Assembly: GCA_013239625.1 (NCBI GenBank)
Contig: MU054400.1
Span: 2,267,345-2,328,734, forward strand
Source of the DNA: Lama guanicoe
Lineage: Eukaryota
Direction of reading: 5' to 3'
DNA length: 61,390 nucleotides
A program made the position numbers and the translations under genes. The notes under the pieces are model-generated. The model searched no databases. It was not told the origin of the DNA and worked only from the letters and a program-made list of their open reading frames with translations. Position 1 is the stretch's first letter. Each line of letters begins with the position of its first letter. This document shows positions 22,200 to 36,009 of the stretch, one piece after another.

Positions 22200-23748
22200 G
22201 TAACCCGCTGTCTGTAACTGGCCGCAGAGCCCGTCAGGTGTGGCGGGGCCGGTCGCGCTGGCGGCTCGGGCGGGATTACGGGGAATGCGGGCCCGCCAGC
22301 CGGGTTGTGGCGGGCAAGCCTTGGAGTCCTGGAGAACTTGTCCCCTTTGCTTCCGACCCTGGGCCTGCACGCCAGGGGAGAACCTGGGGTCTTTACAGGG
22401 CACTCGGTTCTAACGTCTTTTATCCTTTTTTTTTTTCTTTCTTTCTTCTTTTTTTGGTTAATGGGGTCTGTGATACAAGTATTTTGTGGTACCTTCGCTG
22501 CAGTTGTGTGTGAAAAATTTCTGGAAAGTATTGCGTTCATATCCTACAGTGAATGCAAATCGCAAAATGCCTTGTAGACATCCGCTTTCGGTTCATTCAG
22601 CTCTATAAAGTACCCACCGTGTGATAGGGTTTCTGTTATTGATTAAAACAGACCAAAACTCTCGGCCTCAGATACGCTACCGTTCTAGTGTATTGTGTTC
22701 GGTTATTTCTAAGGCCCCTTTTGTTAAGGCACTTAAGGTCACTGAATCCGTGGGGAAATTGCCCGGCCTGGTAGTGCCCAGTATCCACATCGTCACTCTT
22801 AACCCTCTACCCTTCTCTCACAACCCCAAACTTGTGTTGAAGCAAAAAAATGTTATAATTTACACATGAAGCTAAATCTAAATCCACCGTTAGAATACAC
22901 TTTTTTTTTGTAACGAGGAATTTCTGCTGATTCATTCCATAGTAACTTGATTTCCCTCTTGAATAGTTTGCAAATTAGATATAACTAGCGTCTTTTAAAA
23001 ATGGCTATGATTGTGGCTATCTGTTATCTTTTACTCGCTGAATTAGGAAGACTTTTTGAGGGGCAACTGAGGACCTCATGCAGTACCAACATTTATTTAC
23101 TGGCTGGGAAGATAGTTAATATATACTGTAAGAGCATAGTGTCTGTGATTGTGGAATTTATTTATAAAAAGGCTCTTTGAGTGGAAGTCCAATTTTTTAA
23201 ATGGCCGCCACCATGAAGAATACCATAGTCTTGTTCGGAGGTAAAACTTGCTTTTGGTTTTTGATACATAGTTCAGATTTTTATTTAATGTTCAACCAAG
23301 AATTGATTTAGTGTACGAAGAGGCTGGGGATACTTAATCATTTATGGTATTATAGAGATTTAACCTGCCAGTCAGGATTTGCAACATTTAATTGAACATG
23401 TCATTTAAAACCTGTCATTTCACTAACACAAATAGGCACATGTAGGGGTACTGTACTAATGATGCTTTCTTTCGAGCTAGTATTTCTGTTGCAGTCATCA
23501 TTTTCTGCCTTGATAAACAGTGATGAGTGATGAGCAGGAATGCAATTAGCAGCTCTAAGAACTTCTTCCCAATTTCACTGTCATCTGACTGGACCCTAAC
23601 TGGTAAAAGTGGTTATTCTCCTTTTCTGGATGCCGTTGTCAGATTTTTTTTCTCTCGCTCTCTTTTTTTTTTTTTTTTTTACCTTTTCCTACTTGCTTCT
23701 TTCTTTACCTCTTTCAGTCTACTTTTTAGATTTCTCTTTAAATAACAG

Positions 23749-23923
23749 GGAAGTCTGTCTTTTCACCATCTTTTCCTCCTCTATTTTCAACCAAACTGTA
23801 TTACACCTGTGCTCATTTAAGGACTTGCCGACTTGAGGAAAGTCCGTCTTTTCACCATCCTTTCATCTGTTGTTTTCAGCCAAACTGTTATATCTGTGCT
23901 CATTCAAGGACTTGCCAATTTGA
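23749..23923 (+). repeat. Diverged tandem duplication, 2 x ~87 bp
   Basis: GGAAGTCTGTCTTTTCACCATC...GGACTTGCCGACTTGA (23749-23836) and GGAAAGTCCGTCTTTTCACCATC...GGACTTGCCAATTTGA (23837-23923). Confidence 0.92.
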
Positions 23924-24149
23924 TTAATAGATTCAGTGGCTCCTGTCTTCTGTAATTAATTTTATGATTATTTGGACTTTCAGTAAATTTAGAGTTAGTA
24001 TTACTTAGATACAGGATTTACTTTAGCTAAACTAATATAATTGAGATTGTACACTCGCCAGGTGGATGATTATTTAAAATTTTATAACTACCATTTTCTG
24101 GGTTCCCCGTTATGTTCCCCACTTGTGCTGGCAGTTTAATGCTAATTAC

Positions 24150-24270
24150 AGTCCTGTGAGTAAATTGTGGTTATCTTTGTTTTACAGATTAGAAAATTAA
24201 GACTAAGAGAAGTTAAGGAACATGTCTAAGGTCACATAGCAGAGATGGGATTCAGACTCTTAAACCTATT
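24150..24270. mobile_element. MIR SINE core
   Basis: TTTTACAGATTAGAAAATTAAGACTAAGAGAAGTTAAG...CTAAGGTCACATAGC. Confidence 0.7.
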
Positions 24271-27200
24271 CTCTCTTTTCCTTACATTAGGTTATGGAGG
24301 ATCCACAAACAGCTCCACTCATTACTTCTTTCTGATTTCAATTATTAAATATAAATTTTTCTCCCTAATTTTCAGACAGTGCCTTCTCAAAATTCTGGAG
24401 TTACCCTGAAGTCGTCCCCAAGAAGTTACAACACAGGCTTACCTGTGTTTTTAAGATGGAGACAGTGGAAACATGTTGTGGTTATAATTTAAATATTTGT
24501 TAGTGCTTTTAAGTCTTAGCTGTTGATTGAATGCCACATATGATGTCCAAATGGATGGTACTTCTGCCTCTTTTTCTGTCTTTTAAAAAATTAGAGTATG
24601 TGAGGCTGACTGAAAATTAACCTGTAAAGCAAATTTGCCTGTCTTTGTGGTGATAGAATTTTCCTACTCTATTTTCTTCCACTCTGTTCCTGCAGTCGAG
24701 ATCTAGAATGTAGATTATTGTGGTCAGCCAAGTTTAACCTGCACAAAATGTCAATCAGTTTTCTAAAAAACATTTTTTCATGATTATAAAATTAATGGAG
24801 ATTAAGATGTATGTTGTTTTATATCTGGCCTTTTTTCTTAACAAAATAAAATGTGAACATATTTTCATGTTATAATCCTTAAAAATGTTTTTTTAAAAAG
24901 CTCTATAACCTACTATTTCATGGATCCAAAATAATGTACTTAATTTTTTTCTCTGTTGTCGAACATTTAGATTGTTTCTGTTTCTTCCATACTGTAAAAA
25001 CACAGTGATGAACACTCTGGCACATAAATCTGTCCTCATTTCTGATTATTTTATTAAGATTAAAATTTAAAAATAAAAGAACGGATTATGTTGTAAACAT
25101 TTTCTAATGTACAATTTAAACAATGTATATTTTTTTTTCTTGTTCAGTGATGTACTTGAGGATCAGGGGCTTCTTTGTGTATGAGCAGATGGGAAGTTGT
25201 ACTGCTGTAGCTAACACTTCCCTTCTGAGTTGCTTCTACCTGCAATGAGACTGGTTACTCAATCTCTCAAGAAAGAATTACTAAATTAAAGGAAAAAATT
25301 ACTAAATTTTTAAGGGGCTCAGTTATTGAAACCCAGTCTAAACTTTATAACCCCACATAATAATACTTTTTCCATTTAATTAAAAAATTTAGTAAGCTTT
25401 TCTTTTTAATCTGTAGAAAAAATCCTATTATACATAGAATCATCTTTTTATTAAAATTGTTATAACATCCAATTATGGGGACTAAACCATGTTTCAGATC
25501 AGTTTGCCCTCCATTTTACTTTGTTGTTAAATGAAGAATTCTATGTAGCAAATGTGCATTTAGTCATGATAACATTATTATAAAATCATAGTACATCAAG
25601 TTTCTCCAAAAGTGGAGATTCCAATCCTGGAGGGTAGTATTTGGAGAGAATTATTAACACTGACACATATTAATAGAACAATTTCACTGTAGTTTATTGA
25701 GCACTGTTTCTCAGAATTTGTCCCAACTATCATCTGCAAAGAGTTTTGTTCCTTTCCTGTTCAACAACACAAACAAGGAAGTACGTGTTAAATAAGTACA
25801 TTTTAATTAATAAAATAAACACATAAGCCTTAAAATACCAGTTTGTAATATTTAAAAAATGTAAAAATTATTTTGTGAAGTTATTTTAATGGAGTTACAG
25901 TGAAAGGAAAAGTTGTACTTAACACTTGTTTTGAAGCTGTCACAAAGGTAGTTGCGTAGGTGACTTTGTAAATGAAATAATTTGGAATGCACTAGGTGAG
26001 CTTGTTATTTAAATGAGAGCTGAGAAATGTCTGTTCATTGTAATAGCCATGTAGTGCTCTTATAGAATGACCATTTATGCATGAGTTTTATATGTAAGTG
26101 GGTTTTGTATGTAAATAAGGGACTGGCTTTACTTTCTCTTTTCACTTAAGTCAACAGAATCTAAAAAAAGGTATGGGAACAGAGATTAGTAGAATTTATG
26201 TTCTAGTTCTGGGTCTGCTGCTGGGTATGATGTTTTGGTCTTAATCTTCGTGCCTTTTTCATTGTCTCTCAAGTAGGTGACAATACCTGATTTTTCTATC
26301 ATAAATTGCTGGTTTGAGGTTTAGATAATATTGCAGGTGTACAAGTATGTATTTTGAAAAGTTTAAAATCCTTCATATATGAGGTTTTCATTTTCAGCAA
26401 AACTTCAATTCTCTGTTTATACAGCTGTGTTTGCTGGGATGTAGGATTAACACCACTGAAATTCATCTTTTTTTCCATTTCATTTTCTATACAGCCTTGA
26501 CCTTTTCAGTTCAGAATCAGTCAGTCTTTCTTCTCTTTTTTTTGGGGGGTCTGTTCTTCCTCCTAGAAATATTAACAGTATTAGCTCCGACTGTTTAACA
26601 GTTTCGGGTAGAAAATAGCATTTGTGTTAAATGGCTGCAGATAATAACTTAGGGGTGTATACTGTACCCTGAGTAATTTATAGTACAAAACATTCTGCAA
26701 ACAACTTAATTGTGATTTTGGCGTTTATACTTGATAATTCATTTAGGTAATTATAACTCTACTGAAAGTACACTTTTCAGTTTACTTAATGACTGTCATC
26801 CCGTTACTACAACACCTCTGCCAATTATTACTAGGTCCATTTGTCAGCCCTGTGGTGTTTAAATTTTAGTGGAGCGAGTAAGGTAACTTATTATTGAATG
26901 AGCACACCTAAGAGCCTTAGATCTCGCTTAATTTTTAAGGTTAAAAGAACAACAGATGAGATAAAATAGCACTTTGGAGTCTTAGGTTATACAAGTACAG
27001 ATCTCTCAGTCTTGAGAATAAGATGTCACTAAGCTTTGGCCTCATATCATGCTGGAGATTTTAACATACCTTATGTTGATTAATTTCATATTTTGATGTT
27101 ATTTTGTTTTAGGTGTATCTTTTAAGAATACAGCGGAATTTGGTTTTTTCACTTTGAAAATGTTTTAACAAGTGAATTAATCTATTCATTATTAGGATTG

Positions 27201-27666
27201 CTGATATATTTAGACTTATTTCTACCATCTTATTTATTGTTTCTATTTATAGCGCATGCTACTTCCTTTTGTGCCTTCTTTTGGATCATTTTCTTTATTC
27301 TATGTTTTCCTCAGCAAATTTGAAAATTATCTATATATATTTACTTGTGTTTGTTTTCAATTTTTTTAATTGAGGATATAATTCACATTCAGTTAAATTC
27401 ATTTTTTTTTGGTGTATAGTTCTAAGAGTTTTGACAAACATTAGTCATATAACCATTACTGCCGCCGCCGCCACAGTTGTGACATAGAATGGTTTCATCA
27501 CCCTCAAAATTTCCTTGTGCCCTTTGTCAGCCCCTCTTCACACCCCCAGCCTTTGGCGACCACTGAACTGTTTTTTGTTTCTATAGTGTTGTCTTTTCCA
27601 CAGTATCATGTAAATAGAATTATATGTCTTTGTCTGACTTTGTTACTTAGCATGCCGCATTTGACA

Positions 27667-28005
27667 TGTCTTAGTCTATTCCGGCTACCCTAACAAAATA
27701 GTATGGCTCATAAACAATAGACATTTATTTCCCTGTGCGGGGAAGTCCAAGGTCAAGGTGATGGTAGACTTAGTAGGTGTCTTTGAGGACATGCTTCCCG
27801 GTTCCTGAACAGTCTTTTTACTGTGACTCACCATGGTAGAGAGGTAAGTAGCTGTGTGGAGGAGTCTCCTTTATAAGAACCCTAATCACTGTTATGAGGG
27901 CTCCACTCTCATAATCTAAGCACTTTCCAAAGGCCACACCCCCAATACCATTAAATTGGGCATTGGGATTTCAGTATATGAATTTTGAGGGACACAGTCT
28001 ATAGC
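27667..28005. mobile_element. MLT1A/B-like MaLR solo LTR nested in L1
   Basis: TGTCTTAGTCTATT...AAGTCCAAGGTCAAGG...ATGAATTTTGAGGGACACAGTCTATAGCA. Confidence 0.8.
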
Positions 28006-28185
28006 AGCATCCACCCATGTTATTGCATCTATTAGTAATTTATTCCTTTTTATTGCTGAATAGTATTCCATTGTAAGATGTACTACAATTTGTTTATCCA
28101 TTCACAGGGTGAAGGACATATGGGTTGTTTCCAGTTTTTGGTGATTATGAATGAAGCTGCTATAAGTGTCCACATACAGATTTTT

Positions 28186-28311
28186 GTGGAGTTTTTTGGC
28201 GGGGAGTAATTAGGTTTATTTATTTATTTTTTAATGGAGATACTAGGGATTGAACCCAGGACCTCGTGCATGCTAAACGTGTACTCTAACCACTGAACGA
28301 TACCCTTCCCC
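28186..28311 (-). mobile_element. tRNA-derived SINE of the camelid Vic-1 type
   Basis: Minus strand GGGGAAGGGTATCGTTCAGTGGTTAGAG...GAGGTCCTGGGTTCAATCCC...AAATAAATAAATAAACCTAATTAC (A and B boxes); 17-bp TSD TCCACATACAGATTTTT at 28169-28185 and 28312-28328. Confidence 0.85.
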
Positions 28312-28884
28312 TCCACATACAGATTTTTAATAAGTGAAGTTTTCATTTCTCCTGAGTGAATACCTAGTATTGTGATTGCTGGGTTGTATGGTGAGTGTTT
28401 GATTAATTTTCTAAGAAAATGCTAAACTCTATTTTAAAGTGGCTGTACCATTTTGCAATCCCACCAATGATGTATGAGAATTTCATTACTTGGTAATGTC
28501 AGTTATTTTTTATTTTAGCTGTGCTAATAGATGTGTAATATCACATTGTGATTTTAGTTTTCATTTCCCTCATGTCTTATTTTTCATCTGCTCATCTTTT
28601 GGGGAAATGTCTATTCATATCTTTTGCTTATTTTTAAATTAGTTTGTTTTATTGAATTTTAGAATTCTTTATGTAGTCTGGATGTAAGTATTTTGTTAGT
28701 TACATGTTTCTTCCAGACTATGGCTTGTCTTTATACTCTTAACAGTATCTTTTACAGAGCAGAATTTTAAAATTTGGTGAAGCCCAATTTATTGATTTCT
28801 TTCTTTTACAGATTATGCTTTTGGTGTTGTATCTAAGAAAATTTTTAAGAAACTAAGATCACAAAGGTTTTTCTCCTAACTTTT

Positions 28885-29255
28885 ATTTCATTTTTTTAAA
28901 AAAATTGAGGTATAATTGACATACAACATTTTAGTTTCAGATGTACAACATAATAATTTGTCATTTATATACATTAAAAGTGATCACCATGATAAGTCTA
29001 GTTAACATCCATCACCACAATTAGTTACAAAAAAATTTTTCTTGTGATGAGAACTTTAAGATCTACTCTCTTAGCAATTTTTGTATATTCAGTACAGTAT
29101 ATTAATTATAGTGACCATTCTGTACATTACATTCCCATGGTTTATTTTATTCCTGGAAGTTTGTACCTTTTGACTCCCTTCACCCTTTGTGCCTATCCTG
29201 TGGCAACTACCAGTCTGTTCTCTGTTATCTATGAGCTTGATTTTTTTTTTCCCTT
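28885..29255 (-). mobile_element. Short L1 3'-end insertion nested in older L1
   Basis: ATTGAGGTATAATTGACATACAAC...TTGTGATGAGAACTTTAAGATCTACTCTCTTAGCAA; flanked by CTAACTTTT at 28876-28884 and 29256-29264. Confidence 0.75.
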
Positions 29256-29920
29256 CTAACTTTTCTTACAGATGTTTTATAGTTTTAGTTTTCACATTTA
29301 GGTCTATGATCCATTTAGAGTTAATTTTTATATATGTTATAAGGTATTGGTTGAGATTCATATTTTTGCGTATGTATGTCCAGTTGTTTTAGCACGATTT
29401 GTTCGAAAGACTATCCTATTTCCATTGAATTGCCTTTGCAACTTTATGGGACATCAATTGACCATATATGAATGAGTCTATTTCTAGACTGTCTTCTCTT
29501 CCCATTGACCTATATGTTACTCCTTTTGCCCATACCTCGCTGTCTTGATTACTGTGATTTTATACTAAGTCGTGAACTCAGCATGAGCCTCCCTCCAACT
29601 TTTTCTTTTTCAAAATTACCTTGGCTATTCTATTTCCTTTACCTTTCCATATAAATTTTGGAATTAACTTGCCATTCTTTATTTTTAAAAAAGATTGTTG
29701 GGATTTTGAGTGGAATTGCATTAAATCTGTGTATTAGTTTGGGGAGAATTGAACCTTGATCATAGAGTCTTCAACACAATATCTCTCTTCATTTGTTTAA
29801 GTTGTCTTTGATTTTTTTCATCAGTGGTTTGTAGTTTTCAGTATATGCATCCTGCACATATTTTGTTAGATTTAAGTTTTTGGAGCTATTGTAAATTGTA
29901 GTGTTTTGTTCACTACTAGT

Positions 29921-30150
29921 ACAATCAAGTCTCATTTTTTCATGGTAGTTATGTTCTATATAAAGTCGCTGTGAGCACTGAGTTAGGGAATACTGAACCA
30001 TTGTTTCTAAAGAATAGGCAGGGTTAGATTCCTGTGAGCCTTTGGTCATGAAATTTTCATCAACCAATCAATACATGATCTTGTTTTATGTGTATTTATG
30101 TTTAAAGACAATTTATTCAATATATGTTGTTGATTCATTAACTGAATTTA
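29921..30150. mobile_element. TcMar-Tigger family DNA transposon fragment
   Basis: GGTAGTTATGTTCTATATAAAGTCGCTGTGAGCACTGAGTTAGGGAATACTGAACCATTG resembles a Tigger terminal region; subfamily uncertain. Confidence 0.55.
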
Positions 30151-31245
30151 TGACCAGGAATAAATTCTCCTGTTTGTTGTGTATGCTGATGTGGCTCATG
30201 GTGGTAATTTTCCTCAAGTGTGTTACAGTTATGGTTGAAAAGTTCATGTTGAATAAGAGTTTTCCCCACGTGTGTTTTCCGCTTTTATGTGTTTCTGGAG
30301 TTTCTTCAGCTTGACCTTCTGGCTGTCGTAGCTCTAGATCTTTAGAGATTTGGGTTTTTACTTTATGTTAATAGCCTAGTTCTGGACCATACTATATGTA
30401 CTATACATGCCATGTAGGCCCCTTTTCCATTCTTAGATTATTTCTGTTCCTTCCATAGGCCATAGGTAGGTGTTCAGTGGAACACTGTTTTGGCCCAGTT
30501 CTAGCAAGGAGTCTGTTCTGGTCTTCTGCCCTATAGTTGGCATGTGGGATCCTTAGAGCCTTGGAGCTTTAGCCTACAAGTCCCTTTTCCTGGTGATTTT
30601 AGTGCCCACTTATTACTCTATGTTTCTCCTCTGTTCCTGGCCCACATGATTTTTACCCTTTGTTATTGAGTATATAGCTATGTGTTAAATGTTTTATTGT
30701 ATATCCTTGTAGAGGTCCTTTATGTATATATAAGTAAATAAGAGGATGCTTATTTTCCTTTCTTTTGTATTCAAAAGTTAGCACACTGTATTTTGCTCTT
30801 CTTACTTAGCAACAAGTTAGGAAATACTTCCATTTGATTAATCAGAGGGGTGGTGTAGATATTGTTGGCTTCTTTGTTAAAGGGACTTGCTGATTTGACT
30901 CTACATGGTTTATTTTTTATCACATTGGCCAGGGACTGCTCCTACGTTTGGATTTTTACGTTGTTTTTCAGATATGATTTAAAATATATATATCTGTACT
31001 CAGTGATTTTCGTCAGTGTAAAGGTTTATCAGTTCTGTAGTTATGACCTTCTTAATTTCTCCTTTAAAATGTTATTCATGTATTTCTCACAACAACTGTA
31101 ACTCTTCCTTTGAATTTTAACTATTTGTTAAATTAATAATGTGACCACTTGTTTAGGGTCACAGAGTTTGTAAGTGAAAGATAATTTGGCATCAGACTTG
31201 TACTCTGAACCACTAGATTATATACTGGTTCTCCTTTATTTTATG

Positions 31246-32270
31246 GTTTTTTTTTTAATACAATAAAGGGGCTTTACTTTTTTTTTTAAAGGCTTTACTT
31301 TTAAATGATTATCAGTACACCAAATAATAACATGTAACAAATTCTTGAATTCTGTCTGGTACTTTTGATGGAGACACTAAAAGCAGCCCAAACAACTATA
31401 CTAGTATTCATCGTTCTAACTTTTAGCCGGAAAGGACGATTTTAAGGCCGGCTGCTGCTTAATACAGGTTACAAATAACTATTTACTACTTTTTCATTGA
31501 TTAAGCCTCTGACCTTCAGAAAGCTTTAGGGAAAAAAATTAGTCCATTTTTCTTCTTTAAAAAAAAAAACCTGTATCTAAGAAAGGAAAAGTCAGTATTA
31601 ATATATACATTGCTTGAGCTACGAGGTATAGGACCAGAAAATGTATGCCTATTAAATTTCTAAGATATTTCTTAGGTTAAAAAATGAAAAATTTGGATAA
31701 ACTTTAAGGTTTTACAAGGAAGCTAGATTTAGTATTCTCCAAAAAGAGAGGGAACCTACTATGTAATATACAAAGATAATTTAATGTCTTTTCACAAGAC
31801 TATAACTTGAACTTTGTTAAAATTTCATTTTCCATGAAGGCATCTAAAATGCCAGTCTATGGAAAGGGCTTCTTCCCCTATCCACTTACGTGGTAGTTTT
31901 CATGGATTTCTGGCCAGATGTCGCAGACAGAGGCCAAGAGTTTACCTGGGACTTTGTCTCTGTTCTGCTGGAAGTAGATCTGGTGGATGGTCATCTCCTG
32001 GGTCCCCTTTTGCACCTCAGTACTGCCATTGCCATGGGGCCCAGAGCCCTAGCTTCTTTGACTTTGAACCTTTTCTCCCTCTGCAAGTGGTACTGTTCAG
32101 TTTCAGTTTCAGCTGCTTTGGCCTGCTTCAGCCTCAGGTTGCTTGTGGGCCTCGACACCTTTTGGGCAGCCCACTTCTGGTCTGTAGCTGCTGCTGGGGC
32201 CTGGGCGAGCAGCCTAAATGGCTGGATTGTTGCCTCAGGTCAACTGATCTGTGCCTGCGCCGGTGCTCTG
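31246..32270 (-). pseudogene. ATP6V1G1: Processed pseudogene of V-ATPase subunit G1, antisense in the RMI1 intron (coding remnant ~31878-32200)
   Basis: Minus strand LKQAK..ETEQYHLQREKRFKVKEARALG/HGNGSTEVQKGTQEMTIHQIYFQQNRDKVPGKLLASVCDIWPEIHENYHVSG* aligns by eye to ATP6V1G1 (EQYRLQREKEFKAKEAAALG...VCDIRPEIHENYRING*); no introns, frameshifts, no start codon, A-tracts near 31247-31287. Confidence 0.9.
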
Positions 32271-33425
32271 CCTGCCATCTTCTCTTATCCTTTAATTTCC
32301 ACAGTAGCCCTAAGAAGTAGGTATATAGACAAGGAAACAAGTTTCAGTATAGAGTGTCTAAGTTTCTCATGGTCACTTGTTTTTGTTTATTTCATTCCAA
32401 ACCACATTTTTATTCTGTATTACCTCCACTCTACCCTGATTGATAATGCAAACCCTCAAAACCATACCATCACACTCTTGCACTTAAAATAGGTCCGTGA
32501 TTCTTTCTGCAGCTTTTTCTTATAACCCTAACTGCTTCTTGTCTTAGCTCTCAGGGCCATTTCTGAGCCGTAGAGGTTACAAGTACTCCACTGAACAACC
32601 AGTTCCAAATCCTGTCATCAAATCCTATGCTCCTGTTCCAAATGGTAAGTTTTCTTGTGGACATATTAAAACTTTTATAAATTCAAACTTAGATGTAGAA
32701 GGAAAAATACACTTTTGTGAACACAGGGTTAGTCTTCAGTGTTTTGCTACTGTTTTATCATACTAAGAAAATCAGGAGGATCAGTGTATTTACCTGACAG
32801 GACTGTTGAGAATTACTTAGCCAAACAGATAATATACTTTATGTCAGCTCAGAATCTATTGTTACTTATTTAATTTTGTGGAACACAATGGTACAAGTTT
32901 TAATATGAGTATGAATTATAGATATGAAAAGAACATTTGTAGATACTGTTATTTAAATTTTAAATAATCAGAATCTGTTTATTAATATAATAACTACTAA
33001 TTGCTGCCTATATTTCATGTCTGACATTATGCTTTACAAATATTAATCATATAATCTTCACAACAACCCTGTTAGGTAGGTGGTGGGTGGTGGTATTGAC
33101 ATTTTATAGATGAAAAAACTAGGTTAGAGACGTTAAAGAATTTATGTTAGGTCACAAAGCTTGTGATCTGACAGAGCTAGCCTTCATACCTAGGTATATC
33201 TGTCTGAAACCTTTTGCTTTTTCTCATTATACCATCTGACTACTTGTGGTATTTGAATTTAGGCCACGTAGAAAGTCAAAGAATTATAAAGATGCTGAAG
33301 AGAGAAATACCTAAAGGGTGTGGTTATGCCTGTTTGTACATTGTAGAGAATTATAAAATCTATGTTTAGATGTACTGAATTATCATAATTTCTTTTTTGT
33401 TTATTTTCAGGTAATAGATGCCTAG

Positions 33426-35327
<1,902 letters not shown>

Positions 35328-35493
35328 TTTACTAAAATAGTATTAGAAAGCAATTCAAAAAAAACAAGGAAATGTTTATAATTAAATTTGTCCTTTTACT
35401 TTTCAACTCTGTAAAAGGGGACAAAGAAGTTTTATTACTGATTTCAGTTTAATTTTAAAATGTTTAATCATGTTTGTGTGTTTAAGTTTTTTA

Positions 35494-35499
35494 AATAAA
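35494..35499 (+). terminator. RMI1: Candidate RMI1 proximal poly(A) signal AATAAA (others: ATTAAA 35875-35880, AATAAA 36907-36912)
   Basis: Hexamers downstream of the stop; usage unknown. Confidence 0.5.
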
Positions 35500-36009
35500 A
35501 TTTTTTATACTAACTGTTTGATGACCCACTGTTATTCAGAAATTTGTTTTCACTGTTATTTCTCATAAGGTGAAAGTACTGTATTGACGTTTACTGATGA
35601 GTCATGCTGTTGAAAGTTAACAGTTAATAGATAGGTAGTTCAGTACTTCTAATATGTTGAGTACCCCCAAAAGGTTTGTTTATATTATTTTTCTTAGGAA
35701 AAATGTAAATCCAGTGGATTAGAATGTCAGACTTTCAAGTGCAAATTGTTCTGCTGGTTTTTATTGTGCTGATTGTAAATATTTGTCTGGTATATTTAAA
35801 GCAAATATTAACTAGATACCATTTCAAAGATTATATTGAATGGTTAAAAACCTTATTTTTAAGAGTAATCTATTATTAAAATCCAGTAAGTATTTCATTT
35901 TTTTGGATTAAAATAAGATATTTATCCATGTCGTTAGGTGTTATCTCCTTTCTGAATTAGCTCTACATGTAAACCTTCTTTTAGTTTTATTGAAAATGCT
36001 GATTTCTTT

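Larger units (their letters stand above)
20590..22400. promoter_or_regulatory. CpG island; bidirectional HNRNPK/RMI1 promoter
   Basis: GC/CpG rich; TCTCGCGAGA palindrome 21828-21837, GC boxes, E2F-like GCGCGGCAAA/GGCGGGAA at 21936-21956, CCAAT boxes 21444-21448 and 21485-21489, four CGCCATT (YY1-type) motifs. Confidence 0.92.
27360..29900 (-). mobile_element. Old L1M element (3' UTR + ORF2 end), antisense to RMI1, with nested insertions
   Basis: Minus-strand ORF MEYYSAIKRNKLLIDAITW; TTTATTGCTGAATAGTATTCCATTG and CATTTAGGTCTATGATCCATTTAGAGTTAATTTT L1 hallmarks. Confidence 0.85.

Noticed and set aside
20525..22577. ORFs up to 290 aa in the HNRNPK/RMI1 CpG island
   Set aside because: Low-complexity translations expected from high GC; overlap promoter and non-coding exons; no homology recognised
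28240..28311. tRNA-like sequence with A and B boxes
   Set aside because: Head of a SINE with tail and TSDs; degenerate, not a tRNA gene
31859..32492. 153-aa and 200-aa plus-strand ORFs
   Set aside because: Antisense shadow of the ATP6V1G1 retrocopy; no promoter or recognisable protein
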